A DNA stretch of 64,000 nucleotides, from contig MU004235.1 in assembly GCA_010405405.1 (NCBI GenBank), positions 1,871,539-1,935,538 of the forward strand, written 5' to 3'. The stretch comes from Microthyrium microscopicum. Its lineage: Eukaryota. This document shows, one piece after another, positions 36,543-50,201 of this stretch. Position 1 is the stretch's first letter. Each line of letters begins with the position of its first letter. Both the position numbers and the translations under genes were made by a program. A model generated the notes under the pieces. It had not been told where the DNA came from. It saw nothing but the letters and a program-made list of their open reading frames with translations, and searched no databases.

Positions 36543-37085
36543 ATGGCAAGTTCAAAGTTCAAGACTGAACAGTACTTCTCCGAGTCTTTCGTTGAAAGCG
36601 CTGGGGCTGTCCTCTTCCGTCTTTCAACTCGAGAAATATGCCTCATCCGACTCCTTGTGAATAAAAAGTACATCCTACCCAAAGGCCGACGAAACATTGC
36701 TGAATCTCGACAAACTGCCGCAATTCGCGAAGTCGCCGAAGAGACCGGCTACTCTTGTCGTATTTTACCAGTAAAAATGCTCACCAGAAACCCACCAGCC
36801 GTGGAAACTGAGCCTATGGCAGACGAATCGCGTCTTCACGATCACGCGTGTGAGCCTTTCACCTTGCAAATCCGTCATCTTGCAGAGGACGATGTCAAAA
36901 TCATATGGTGGTTCATTGCAGCAATTAATGAAGAAACTAACTTCAACGCTGACGCTCAAGAGGATGATAAATTCACAGTGGAATTTTTTGATATGCAAGA
37001 AGCAATCACGAAGCTAACCTTCAAAAACGATCAGGAGATGGTGCAGAAGGCCGTTGAGATTTTCTTGCAGACTCATCCGGAGTGA
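36543..37085 (+). CDS. Nudix hydrolase
   Basis: Nudix box LPKGRRNIAESRQTAAIREVAEETGY; SAGAVLF. Confidence 0.9.
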   Translation: MASSKFKTEQYFSESFVESAGAVLFRLSTREICLIRLLVNKKYILPKGRRNIAESRQTAAIREVAEETGYSCRILPVKMLTRNPPAVETEPMADESRLHDHACEPFTLQIRHLAEDDVKIIWWFIAAINEETNFNADAQEDDKFTVEFFDMQEAITKLTFKNDQEMVQKAVEIFLQTHPE

Positions 37086-37233
37086 ATCATATCGAAAACT
37101 CAATTAGTTCTGTCCGCATATATAAAGACACGAGACTTGATCGACCAAAGCATTACACCAACAGACTCGAACATAATCAACGCCAGAAAAACAAGTTTAT
37201 TTCAAGATAGCGTTCTAAATCCATATCGCACTC

Positions 37234-37647
37234 CTAAGCAGACCACCTCTTCTCGACAATCTCCGTCTCAACCCCATCAACCACTCGCTTTCCCCCCTTC
37301 TTGGGCCTAATACCACCTTTATTGCCCAACAAGTTCAGCGCATCTTCAATCTCCGCATGTCCGAAATTATGACTTCCTGCACCTCGACTCGTACAGCAAT
37401 CGACCATGCCGCCCGTGTTCACAGCATTGTCGTACCAGCCGCCTGGGCCCATGCATTTCTTCTCAGCTTCGTTGAAATATGTCTTTTGTTTGACTGCTGC
37501 GCAGCAATCCTTGGTGACTTGATAGTTGGTGCCGCCGCTACCATCTTTGTTGTGGGTGCAGATCTGGGGACCGCCTAGTGTATTGGCTTCGCTGGCAAAG
37601 ATGGCGAGGGGGAGGAGGGAGCTGATGATGAAGGTGGTGAGCTGCAT
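37234..37647 (-). CDS. Small secreted 6-Cys protein (C-CC-C-CC), candidate effector
   Basis: Signal peptide MQLTTFIISSLLPLAIFA; intronless 137 aa; the C-terminal tail contains KR sites. Confidence 0.8.
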   Translation of the reverse strand: MQLTTFIISSLLPLAIFASEANTLGGPQICTHNKDGSGGTNYQVTKDCCAAVKQKTYFNEAEKKCMGPGGWYDNAVNTGGMVDCCTSRGAGSHNFGHAEIEDALNLLGNKGGIRPKKGGKRVVDGVETEIVEKRWSA

Positions 37648-38346
37648 GTTTGTGATATTGTTGGAATGGATAAATAAAACTGGAGTAAATGTTCTGTGCT
37701 TGAAGTGATGGCTGAAGTTGTTGTATTGTGGTTGATGCTTCCAATTTCAACAGCGGGCTTGATGAATATATACCATTTGAATTACTCCCAGTTTTCTCTT
37801 TGGTATGCTATCCTTTGAAATAGACTAGGTGAGCTCAAAAGCCGACTCCAACTGGCCAAGGAATCGAATTGCTTCCTTCATACTAGTCTAGATTGAAATT
37901 CAGGATATTTTTACAACTTGGTATACAATGATCGATCCGAGAGAGTAGTGTACGCTATATCAATGCCGAAGTAGATCAAAGGAATACATCCTGATAATAC
38001 AATGAGGATAGATCTTGACCAAGGGTGATCGTGTAGATCACCTCTTGGACTTGTTACCATATTTTGCCCTTTCACTAATCGGGAGAGAGTCTAGTTGGCT
38101 AATAATGTCACGTTAATATAAAATCTACCAAAAATACAGTTCTTTGCTATGATAGGTTAACTCTATTCGCCCTACTAGTATCGTAAGGATTGTCCTCTAC
38201 CCCGACCCCAGGCCTGATCGAATCCTACAACAAAGCTTTAGAGCTCTAAAGAGCTTGTCTAGCCTGTTCCTGTCAACTTTTAAATTGATAAGTGCCAAAG
38301 AATAGACACTACCAAAGATCAGCTAAACAGCTCCAGGTCTCTCGCT

Positions 38347-39113
38347 ATGACCTCCGATATCTGCACAAAGCGCCTACTCCTACGGCCCATAGCTCTTGAC
38401 GATGTCGCCTCTCTCCACAAGATCCGTTCAATCCCAGATGTCGCCACGCAATTGTAAGCTTCCCACAAATTCCATCCCAAGGCCCGAACTTAACAAACTG
38501 AAGTTCCACGGGTGCATGGGCAGACGAAGCAGCAGCGGAAGAATGGATTCGGACAATGATCGACCAACCTGCAAGTCTAATGTACACCATTCGTCTGCTT
38601 CCCACGTCCAGCACAACCAACCCACCAGCCCAGATTATCGGCCTCATGGGTCTAAATCGCTGGGGCATGCTGCACTATATGATTGATCCCACGCTCTGGA
38701 ACAACGGCTACGCGACAGAAGCACTACACGCGTTCAAGGCAGCGCTATTTGACGCACAGCCAGAGCGTACAGTCATAGAGACTATAGTGGCGGGTGGTAA
38801 CGTAAGAAGTCAGCGAGTGTTAACTAGATGTGGGTTCGTGGAGACGAACCACGCGGAGAGAAGGAATAAGCGGTCCAGTGTGGGAAGGATTAGTGCGGTT
38901 GAACAGGACGGTCGGAATCAAGATACGCAGGGGTTGAAAGCGTTGAGGGATTCTGTCAACGCGATGGGATTGCAGAATAAGGCCGCGATTGAACCGCAAA
39001 GACCGAAGGAGGAAAACAAGGATCCGAGCAGAATAAGGCATTATCGGTTTGAAAGGGAAGTAGACATAATTGACTTGATGGATAAGGCGGTGGGTGATGG
39101 AGAAGAATGCTAA
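38347..39113 (+). CDS. GNAT acetyltransferase, RimJ/RimL type (2 exons)
   Basis: MTSDICTKRLLLRPIALDD in exon 1; YMIDPTLWNNGYATEAL; NVRSQRVLTRCGF. Confidence 0.85.
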
Positions 39114-39169
39114 TTGATGTTGGTGATGATGTATATTTGTCTACATATTGTACATGGTGTTGGATATAT

Positions 39170-40385
39170 TTAATGTATCAGCGAGTCCATATCAGATGAC
39201 TGATTTCTCAATGATGCTGATGGGTGGCTCTCGTTTGGGATGGCTTCTGTTTGGCTGTCTGCCATCGTTAAGGAGAGATCGGCGACTTTGCGCCAATTGA
39301 TCAAGTCCCACCACGCTTCCAAGTAAGCTTCTTTACCTGCGACTCCATAATCAGTGAGATAGCTATGTTGCCAGACACTGACAGCCAAGCACGGCCTGAC
39401 GCTGAGCAATGGTCGGGTTTGTTGCATGTGCGATTGGTTCCACGACGTAGCGGACCGCCCGCCAAAGCTAGGAGGAGTGAACTTTGGCACAGCTGCGAGT
39501 CTTTCAGCCTCTATGTATGCTGCAGAGCCTTCTCGCCCTAGACCTTCCACGTCGCGACCCTGGAAACGGTCTGTAAAGTGTGTGCCGCGAAGAGCGGAGC
39601 CGGAGCCGTATGTTCGCAATATCTTGAACTTGGAGTTGTCGTCTACAACCAGCCAGACAAATCCTGGACCAAACATGGCTCGCGCGTGAGCCAGAAACTC
39701 GGCTTTGAGATTATCAATGCTGTGAAAGTGTTGTTCGATGTGTTCGCGTAATTGTTCGTTCATAGCAGAATCGGTGTTTGGGCCTTGGAATGACTGCGCT
39801 AGTCAGTGGGAGATATCGCTGCGCAAGACCATACTTACTAGACCATTCATAAAGAAATGATTATTATATGCGGTTGAGGCGTGGTTGAAGAGGGCGATTT
39901 TATTTGGATTGGGGTTTCGGGCATGAGATGTGATGATTTTCAGTAGAGTACTTCCATCGTACGTTTGCGCGCGCTCGCCTAGCAAGATGTAAGCATGCAA
40001 ATATATTGAGACAAGTTGTATGCGTTGTACCATCTATCCGTTTCTCCGTCTCGGATAGGAGATGTGCTTGGGTGTCGTAGTAGGCAGTCTTGAAGCCGGC
40101 TGGAGAATACAGCCCCGGTATGCCATTCTCTATCAGTGTTCGGTCGCTAGGTCCGTAGGCAAAATCGTCGCCTGCTAGAGAGTTTCCTATCAGGTTTGGT
40201 ACTTGAAATCTACCAGGTAAAGGTTCGTAAGCGGATGCGCCGTAACATCGTCGCTACAAGAGTTGCAAATGTCAGTGATGTTAACGGCGGAAAGGGGCGA
40301 CTAGATATACCTGGCGCTGCGGTATTGAGCGTAACGAAGATATGAAGCTGGAACTGGAAGACCAGCGTATGCGCGGCACACTCAT
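39170..40385 (-). CDS. RSM26: Mitochondrial small-subunit ribosomal protein Rsm26/mS42 (Fe/Mn-SOD fold), 4 exons
   Basis: Arg/Ser-rich presequence, GIPGLYSPAGFKTAY, LFNHASTAYNNHFF, AMFGPGFVWLV and VSVWQHSYLTDYGVAGKEAYLEAWW. SOD-like but lacks the DxWEH metal motif. Confidence 0.8.
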
Positions 40386-43300
40386 TACTGGTGGTAAATG
40401 TGATTGTTGTCGCTGTTGACGTCTCTGCTTGATTGACGGTCAAATGCATTGCAACTCCAAAAATTTGTAGATGTCAATGCACCATCCCTTTTCAGCCTAG
40501 CTTATAGATGTGCATTTTAACAGCACCCTCTCAATCACCATCAGGCTGAAATACTTTTCTTCTTAAAGCACCATGGTCTGCAAGAAATTGACAAACTAAA
40601 AGGCTGGACCCACCTTCAAACCATCTAAGAAAGCTGGAGGGAAAATTCTCAACGAAAAACGTGGCCTGTCATGGAAGTATAGACCGACATACCTTAGGCC
40701 GGGAGTCGAAGTCATTCGACTTTTGGCAAGCTGCTTCATGTCTCTGATCTAGACCTGAAAAGGTCGAGCATGCATTCTCTATCCGAGAGTGATTCGACAG
40801 CAAAATACCCAAGAACTTGTACCGAAAATCCGTAAGGCAAGCCTTGCCCAAAATTTGGAGGGTCGTCGCGCATAGCCTTGGTGTAAGTGGGCATATATCC
40901 AATTGGCAATCAAAGAGGTTCGGGATAATTGACATACTTCCTTCGTATCTTTTAGGTTGCCAATCAGGATGGTCCGCCAAGTTTCACATCGCATGCTTTA
41001 CAGTGATCATTTCCACTTTCAATCCTGCATCTACGCCCTGTACGCGATATACTGGCATGATCATCTCTCTGTGGGCATCGACCTCTTCTACTTTGGTCAG
41101 GGCGATAATAACAGCCTGCGTAATTGTGGGCAGCATGAACCTCCGGTTGGGCTATTGGTAGCTACTTCATATTCAGCCTCATTACTGCATGTGTGTTGAC
41201 CACTATACTGGTTCCACAGCTGTCATGTTTATTGTCTCATGATCAAACCTACCATGCACGGAAATACCAAAGCAGCTCGAAATGGATGAGCAACGTTCGT
41301 CCAACACATGTTGATTGGCCTGCCGTGGAGCTGGTGAGCATGATATATATGCGACTTCGCGTACGATATCGAATCCCCCGATAAGCTGCCGAAATGTTTG
41401 GGGCAGAAAGTAGGTATGTTCGTTGAGTTGCACCTTATATATGAGATCTCGCCTTTCAGCACTTACTCCTGTTTGCCCTTCAACATTTTTACTCAATTCA
41501 CTCAATATCTCGGCTCCTTATAAGCAATTACGTTTAACATCAATCAAATTATTTTGTTGCTACATCCTTTCGCCATGGAATTCTATGATAGATGCGAAAA
41601 GAACTACATCAACGCAAGAGACATCTCCGCTCAGATCACAAGCATGATCAATAACAATAATGTTACCAGAAACAACGTAAGCATCAAGAGTTCCTGTATT
41701 TCAGACACGCAACTAATACGAGGTATAGATCAATATTGTTCAGGACAATATCACAAACATCCAGAGAGCCTGGGGTAATGCATGGGACCAGATCAATCAG
41801 ATGAAGATCAGCTCCAATGAGAAGACCGTTGTGTTGAAAGCTGTCAATAGCAAGATTGAGAACCTGAATGTCGTCCGCGATGCAGCGAATCAATTAACTA
41901 GATATCTTTAGATTCAACCTCTGTTGGTAGTTGTCTTCAATGGTACACAGGACAGTGGTGATGGACTCATCGATGGAGATTTCTATGTAATGAAGTCTTT
42001 TTGCTATACAGAAGTTTTGACCGAATGTGTACCGTGTGCTGTCCAAGCCGTTCTATAGTCTCTCAGCCGTGAAGTAGTCAGACGGAGGCAGGCTTATCTA
42101 ATTCGTTCAAGAATAGTCTTCTCACTTCGTAAAGAACGGCCCTATGAAGTGAGAGTAAACAATCTGCTGTGGGGGTCGCTCTGATATTCTCCTCAAGCTA
42201 CGTTGAGTCCATTCTTCAGCTTTTACTGGACGCCTCACGTTTTCTTGCTGGACACTATCGGCCTCCGTGGCAGCCGATTGGTGTTGATCATAATGCTCGA
42301 GCCCAATCGTTCTGGACACTTTCTTGATTTGTGGACGCCTGACGCTGCCTTGTTCATATGTTATCGTTCTTTCCGGCGTTGTGCTAGGTATTCGAACCTG
42401 GAGTCATTCCTCATATCCTGGGCCAAGGTCAGACTTCCTGATTTTTTACATGTTTCACCAGAGCTCGCTCAATCTATCATTGGATCTTGCCCTCCCTCGC
42501 CATTTCCTTGAGAACGGTGCTAATCGGATTGGGAAAGCGGGTGCGTGTTTTCTGTGAGGAAGCTGTTGATGATCGGAGAGACTTGGGTTTCTAGACGTAT
42601 AAGAGGGCACCTCAGGAATCAAAAGAGCGGACTGATTGATTGAGTAGCCAGAGGCTTGTCAAGAAATACATACAAACCCATAGTTTGTTACAGCGACCCG
42701 CCAGTTCGGGACATTGCATAGGAGTCGTCATAGGACTTGGAATCAGTCAAAATTCAGTCGAGGGGTTGACACCAATCCAAAGTTATTTGCTTCCAGGCGT
42801 CCTCATTCGCATCTGAACAGAAACGGTGACACCGTCGAATAAGAAGTTGTGAAGAGCTTTGTCGTTCTCCTATCGCCGTTTTCATGCCACAAGCTCATAT
42901 AAGGCTCAACGACGCCCAACTTACAGTGAGTTGTCGCGATTGCGTTGGAGAAAAAACTACGGAATCGACGCTGCATAGCCGCCTCGAGAAAGAGCAGAAA
43001 GGGAGAAGTTGAATATCGTGGATGTTGTATGACCTGACTTATCCATTGCGACGGAATATCATTGTTTATCAAGCACAACCACATAGCTCCAAGAACTACT
43101 ACGAGAGCATGCGCCGAATTGATCTTTCTGTAAACATGCACCGTCTTTCCAACACTGACTCTTGAAGAAGGAGTTGCAAAGCTTCAGCCGATCCAAACCG
43201 GCAACTCCGCTTTGATAATCGGAAACCTTGTGCACATCTGCCCTACTTTGTACAAAAACCCCAGGTTATTCAGGGTTACTTCGGCCAAAGCTACCATAAC

Positions 43301-43547
43301 CAGGGTCATATCCCAGGTCTCTGGTCTGGGCGATGGATTTGCGAATATAAAACGGCCTTCCCAAATAGGAACAAGCGCTGTGGCACTCTGAGATGCATAT
43401 ATCGTCTTCACCCGCAACGACGACTCTCTTTTGCCAGACTATACTCGTCAAGTCATAATGATATTGAAATAAAGCCGATGGTAGCCGCACATCAGTTCGC
43501 ATGTTGTCTCAGATTTCTATGAACCATTGAAAAGACCGTCCCAAGTC

Positions 43548-46527
43548 ATGGCAGATAAGGAGATTGGGAAAGGTGGGCTGGGCTCAGAGGACTCGGAGAA
43601 AAATTCAACGAGGATTACAAATGGGAAGATTGGTGATCAAGTATCGCATGAGATGCTAGAAGTGCTGGCACCGAATGGTGAAGGTGAATACATTCTGGAC
43701 AAAATCAATAATATGACGGAAGAAACGGCGCTGGCAATAATTCAAGAATCATGTAAGTTTCTCATATTGATAGGATACTCAAAGCTAAATCAATCGCTAC
43801 AGTAAAATTCCACGCGGATGATTGGAACTTCCCATCAGAAATGAGAGAACGAATGCGGCGATTGCTAGAAGGACCAAAAGCATACGGTGACTACTATGAT
43901 AGAGACTTACGAGTGGATGCCACAATCATGCGATATTCGTCACCCTATCCAGGAGTCCGAGCAGTAGCAGATCCTGTTGATGATGAGAACATTCCCATTG
44001 AAACAATTCGAGCATATTTTCTTGGTATGAGTTGGGCCGTTATTGGAACCTTCATGTCAACTTTCTTCAACAGCCGTTTCCCGGGAATATGTAAGTTGGG
44101 CTGAAACATATTTCGATAGAATCTAATCCTTTAGCACTCGGCGGCTCTGTGATTCAGATCCTCTTATTTCCTTGCGCCAAATTTCTTGAATTCGTCCTGC
44201 CTGATATTGGCATTACACTATTTGGTACCAGGCATTCCCTCAATCCAGGACCATGGACCTTCAAAGGTGAGATTAAGCAGAATGATACTAGAACAAAAGC
44301 TGATGCTATACTTTCATCAGAGCAAATGTTTGCAACAATCACATACAATATTGCAATATATACTACCAACTCGTATGGCATGATCTTAGTTCAGAAGAAC
44401 AAGCTGTACTATGGCAACACTTTCGTTACATTCGGCTATCAACTATTATTGATCTTTTTTGTACAACTCATGGGTATGGGATTTGCTGGGTATTTGAGAC
44501 GATTCAGTGTTTACCCCGTCAAAGGTACGTGACTCATTGAAAATTGAGCATAGCAATCTTAACAAGATTATAGCATTATGGCCAACCGTGCTTCCTACTA
44601 TCGCTATGAACAGAGCGTAAGTTTAACCCGGTCGAGACGATCTACAGCTGATCTGAGATCAATCATTGCCTTTACTTTTCTAGAGTGTAAACATGGATTA
44701 TGTCAGAAATACTGACCATAGATAGACTTACTCGACCCGAGCCAAGAGAGAACATCAACGGTTGGACAGTGTCACGATACAAATTCTTTTATATTGTCAC
44801 CATTGGCATGTTCTGCTACTACTGGTTGCCAGGATATCTGTTCACAGCACTGTCAACCTTCAACTGGATGACCTGGATAGCTCCCAGCAATTTCACGCTT
44901 GCCATTCTCACTGGATCGTCACTCGGGCTTGGATTATTCAATCCAATTACAACGTTTGACTGGAATGTTGCCACATCTTCCTATGCTGCTCTCGCCCAAC
45001 CGTTCTTCAGTACGTTCCACATGTGGATCAGCAGCTTCGTTGGAGGATTCATCATTCTAGGAATCTATTATTCCAACATGTACAACTCGGCGTATCTCCC
45101 AATCAACTCATCCTCAGCGTTTGCTAATGATGCCAAACCTTACAATGTCAGCAAAGTGATCATCAATAACAGAATGGACGAAAACTTATACCAGCAATAC
45201 TCACCCCCTTTCTACTCCGCTGGTTACATATTGACTGTTGGTGCCAACTATGCTTTTTATCCAGTGTACTTCCTTTACATTATGGTGAACCAGTGGAGTA
45301 TAATCGGAGAAGCTTACGTCAACTTCTACAAAGGGCTACGATATGGAAAAGGAAACTTCGAAGGTACTATGGATGTCCATAGTCGTCTCATGGCAAGGTA
45401 CAAAGAAGTCCCGGACTGGTGGTTCTTGATCATTTTACTGGGAAGCATCATTTTATCGATCGTCTTTCTCAAGATCTATCCGCTGGGCATTCCTGTATAC
45501 CTGGTCTTTCTGGTCATAGCTATCAACCTGGTCTTTGCTGTTCCGCTGTCCCTACTATCTGCCACAACGGGCACCAATCTTGGACTTGGATCATTGATTC
45601 AAGTCATCACGGGCTTCATACTTCCCAATAACCCAAACGCGTTCCTCTTTGGACAAACACTAGGTTCCTGGGCTTTGGCTGGCTACGGAGACAACTACGT
45701 TCAAGATCAGAAAATGGCACACTACGTCAAAATCGCGCCACGAGCAGTTTTCCGCTCCCAGATTATCACCATCGTCATAACCTGCTTTGTTGCAGTAGCC
45801 ACCCAGGACTTTATCATGAACGACGTCGAAGGTATGCTCCCCTTCCTACCAAATCTAATCCACAGCTTCCCATATTGATATCTCTACAGGGCTCTGCACG
45901 CCCAACCAACCCAGCAAATTCACCTGTGCCGCCGACGGCGCTCCACTCTATGCCAGCTCTCTAATGTGGGGCCTGCTCGGTTCGCAACGCATGTTCAACA
46001 GCATGTACCCAACGCTGAAATGGTGTTTTCTGATCGGCACCATCATCGCCCTCGTCTTCCTCGGCGGCCAATCCCTCGGCCCCAAGTACCTACCTCCCAT
46101 CCGCACACGCCTGTCCACTATCCTCTCACCCCGCCTTTATGGACTCCTCAACCGCAGCTTGTTTCCTTTCATTGCAAGCCTAATGTGGCTAAATCCCGTG
46201 CTAATAATCCAAGGCATACAGCACTGGGCGCCCAGCAATCTGGCCTATAAGACACCTGGAATGATTTTGTCCTTTGTATTCATGTATTGGTTGCCACGGC
46301 ATCGACTCGCTTGGTGGGAGAAGTATAATTACGTGTTGAGTGCGGCGTTGACGGCTGGGGTTGCGATAAGTGCGCTGGTAATGTTCTTTGCCGTTCAGTA
46401 TAAGCCCGTCAAGGTCGAATGGTGGGGAAATACGGTTAGTGGTGCGGGTGTGGATGGGAGCAGTAAGGGGTTGCTAGATATTCCGGGTAGAGGGTATTTT
46501 GGACCGCAGAAGGGGACTTTTCCGTAG
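43548..46527 (+). CDS. OPT-family oligopeptide transporter (multi-exon)
   Basis: SPYPGVRAV, ETIRAYFLG, SLNPGPWTFK|EQMFATI, ALWPTVLP, YKEVPDWW, QDQKMAHYVKIAPR and WWEKYNYVLSAAL. Confidence 0.93.
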
Positions 46528-46938
46528 ACAAAGCGTGATGACAATAGCACATGCTGTAGATATACTGTGTTCTGGGTAAAAATTGCCCAAAATGAATAAC
46601 GGGTACTACTGCTAATTGATATTCAAGCTCTTGATATCGAGATTTTCGTTCGCCAGTGCCTTAAAGCTAAAGCATTGGTACTTCTAGTCTTGAGGTTTTC
46701 AATATTTAGATAGTAACTAATGCTTTTCACAGAGTTTCTGGGTCCATCGAGGGCTTGCTATGACGGCTCGTAGATGCCTGTCCGACAGTGGTATGTGCTT
46801 GATCCTTCCTACTGTAAGCAATTAACCTCATCCACGTTCTTCACCTCTTACTCGTATTGACAGGAGCACATAATAAAACATCTTCAACTATCAGCTCATT
46901 CAGTTTGGGACCAAGCAGGTGAAATTTACTTTACGAAA

Positions 46939-48058
46939 ATGGCAACGCCTTTACTCAGGTTAGTGAAAACTGATATGTCCTATAAGTTGAGCTAATTTCT
47001 TCAGCCCGTACGTCAAGGATGCTGTGTTTAGTCTGAAGATCCACAGTATTGGGCAGCATGCGCCTGCTGAGCTCAGAAATCAACCAGAGTTACAACTCAA
47101 GGTCCTGGACTTGATTGGAAAGGGAAACCTTTCCGTTGTGATGCTTGTGGCAGACATTACTGGCCAGTTTCCATCATCTATGGTCTTGAAGGTATACGAT
47201 CGCACGTTCTCCCCACGAGGATCAAGCCAAAATCCTCCTAGCGAAGCATCAGAAGCAGCTTATTGCAATTTTGTACAAAGTGGGGAGATTGGCGAATTTC
47301 TAGCCAAGGAAGAGAACACCACAGATTCGATCGAAAGAAGTGTTGCAGAGGAGGAAGCATCTTCTTACCAGTTCAGCACAAGATCTCACAGTGCTGAAGT
47401 TGTCGCCTACAGTATGATGACCGACTTTCAAGGTCAACATATACCTAGGTTTTATGCAGATATACGACTGGACAATGGCCTCAATCAGCAATACTCTGAG
47501 CAATTTCCTGAATACATGCTAGTCAAGGGTATCCTGATGGAATATATTCACGGTTATCCTCTATTAGAGTTTCCAATTCATGCCCCTGAATCAGATTGGG
47601 CAGAAATTTGCAAGCAAACAGTCGATTTTGTCAACGTCATGGGCGATTACGGCCTCTTGAATGAAGATACAGGAGTTGAGAACGTGATGGTCAGGGCTGT
47701 TGAGAATAAGCCTCAGGTTGTGTTCTACGACTTTGCTTGGTGCTTTCCTCGTAGTGCCTATTGTTCAGCGGAAGATTGGATTGAAGCAAAACGACGGGAG
47801 GATGAAGAAGCTCGTCTGGGTGGACGTCTGGAACTCCTGGTCAGCCGAGCTAAAGGTAAGAAGGGGAAGCGCTACAAAGGCAAGGCACCATTACCCTGGA
47901 CATATGAGCCATCCCACCGATACGGAGTTCCTGGATATCCTCTCGTTCCTGACGAGAATGGCAAGCTAGTCGATCCGGTCATATCAGATATCAAAAAACG
48001 GCCTCTAGGAGCTGCAAGCGAGATCATCACGGTCGATAAATTTGTTCACATACACTAA
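46939..48058 (+). CDS. Atypical fungal protein-kinase-like protein (2 exons)
   Basis: Short exon 1 MATPLLS; GKGNLSVV, VLKVYDR, QGQHIPRFY, GILMEYI, LLNEDTGVENVMV and VVFYDFA. Confidence 0.75.
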
Positions 48059-48222
48059 ATCACAAAGGCTGCTGTGGAGTGCTATGCTGTAATGATAGAA
48101 GAATGTCAAACCATCTATTTGAGCTAAGATACACACACACACTTTGCTAATTTCATGTTGGCCTTCCCACTTGAGGCAGGATCACGTACTCTCGACCAGA
48201 CTGACTATGAAACACCATATCT

Positions 48223-48687
48223 CTAGCATGCTGGTGGAGCCTCGCCTCCATATGCCTTTCGAAGAAAATGAACACCACGGCCAAGAGTTGGCGCTTTGTT
48301 GTCCTTGCACCTTCCAACCTCAACACTTTTCAAAGCGTTTTTACCGCCAAGAATCTGGAAACGGTACTTGCCATCAGAATCGTGGATCGCCTGGAGGTTA
48401 TAGGAGCCTTTGGTCTTGACGCCGTCAACCCAGCACTCTGACTTGCTCTTGTTATCGCCGTGCACGTCGTTCCACTGCCTTTCCCCGTAAGAGCCTGACA
48501 AGCCATTGGTGTTGATGGCACGGAGACAGCCTAGGACCTGTCTGTCATCGCGTTTCTCGAGCTGTGTGTAGGCGGTGGTATCGGAAGCGGCGCTTTCGTG
48601 GATAATAGTCGCAACAGGTGCACTCGGATAAGCTAGGGCGGAGGAGCCGAGAGCGAGGGTGACAAGCAATGAGTTGATGAAATGCAT
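48223..48687 (-). CDS. Small secreted protein with a Kex2 prodomain (LEKR) and 4 Cys, candidate effector
   Basis: Signal peptide MHFINSLLVTLALGSSALA; pro-region ending QLEKR; intronless 154 aa. Confidence 0.8.
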   Translation of the reverse strand: MHFINSLLVTLALGSSALAYPSAPVATIIHESAASDTTAYTQLEKRDDRQVLGCLRAINTNGLSGSYGERQWNDVHGDNKSKSECWVDGVKTKGSYNLQAIHDSDGKYRFQILGGKNALKSVEVGRCKDNKAPTLGRGVHFLRKAYGGEAPPAC

Positions 48688-50201
48688 TTTTGAGGCTGAT
48701 TTTAGTGAGGCTGATTTTAAATTTTTGAAGGCTGGTTTCTTGAGACCAATGGATGATAATAGGATGTGATTGTGGTATGATTGATTTGCTATGGAAGCAC
48801 TCTGGAGGAGCGAAAATGCGGCATTCTTGTAGTCTTGAGGTTTGTATTCTTAGACCTACATTTCAAAATCTGATGGTCGATTAGAGTTCTGACCATCTGG
48901 GAGGATCATACCAATGCCCTGTAGATACTTAACTAAGAAGTATGGTTGTAGGATGCTCTAAATTGACAGTCTTCTCGCTGTGTGCTCTCCACGTCCAAGG
49001 CCATCTTTCTTCTCGCCCCGGGATCCGGGTCCGGCAACTTGAGTCTGATCCTTCAAGGAGCAGAAAGACACTCGAAGACAGTCTCACAGACTTCAATGAG
49101 GCCGACGACGACCTTCGATGGTCAAAACTAACTAAGAAAAGACTTACCACGGGCCACCCAATGCTGGTCAATTGATTGCAATTTGTATGGTGCCGTGGAA
49201 AGTTCGTCAATCTAAGAATTCTAAGAATAACGCATATATTGCCCAAACGAGCGTTGCTTACCTGTATGCCTGTATTTCCATCCTTCGCGGTGCGAATCTG
49301 CTCAATTTCGAATTGGTAGTGGAGATTTTGACCTAACGGTTTTCACTTGGTAGGCAAGTAGGGAGCGGGATTAGCTAAATGATAACCAATAATCCAGTTG
49401 CGGTAGGTAGATTCCCTCCTTGCAGCTAATCGCTCTACACTTTTTCTTTTCTTTAAGTGTTCTTCGGTGACAAAAGGGGCCCATTCTCCGAGCTCTGAGA
49501 GCCAGCAGACACAACAGGCAGGTCACTGGCATTATTGAAGCGCGACACTCGTCGCGGAGACAAGTGAAGATAACATGTTCACAATTCTCCCATGAGGTTC
49601 TTATCGACACACTTTTCACGCGCAAAAGCAGCACTTCGACGTGCAATAACCAATCGCATTAATAGCCTCCGACAACTCTCCTGAGTAGGCGCAGCTTGAT
49701 GCGTATAATGCCACCAACAGTGAGAATGGCTTGAATCAAATCACATTATCTCCCACTAAAATCGACTGGAGTTGCTGCCTAATTTTTGATACCATGTCCA
49801 GTTAATTTTCGTCTACCAGGTCCGTATAGGTACCTTAGACATACTTGTACATCCATGCCCACCTAAACGAAGTTTACCTTTGTTGCGGCTATGCCAATGC
49901 TTGTGCAGAGGCTGCTCAGGTACCGATGTAACTGGGCTTAGACGGTTTTGGTCGTTTCGTTAATTCGAGATAGCGATAATGTTTGGGGCGAGGGGAAAAC
50001 GCGGCACTTAATCTATGGGTCCATCAGCATATGGAACATGGATGGGATACTTCTAGATCCGAATCCTTCTGCTCCTACACTGATATATAAAGCGGTTGGC
50101 TGAACCTTGACTCATTTTAACCTCATCTCCCTTCCTATCTTATTATTCAAATACAATTCTACCTCATTCAGAAAACAAAACACACCAAAAACGTCGACAC
50201 T

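Noticed and set aside
37750..38330. AT/TpA-rich spacer with small hairpins (about 38019-38048 and 38236-38251) as a MITE or RIP-mutated transposon
   Set aside because: The inverted repeats are short and imperfect, with no target-site duplication or second copy in the window.
39170..40385. Fe/Mn superoxide dismutase
   Set aside because: The metal-binding DxWEH motif is replaced by SVWQH; the features fit the SOD-fold mitoribosomal protein Rsm26.
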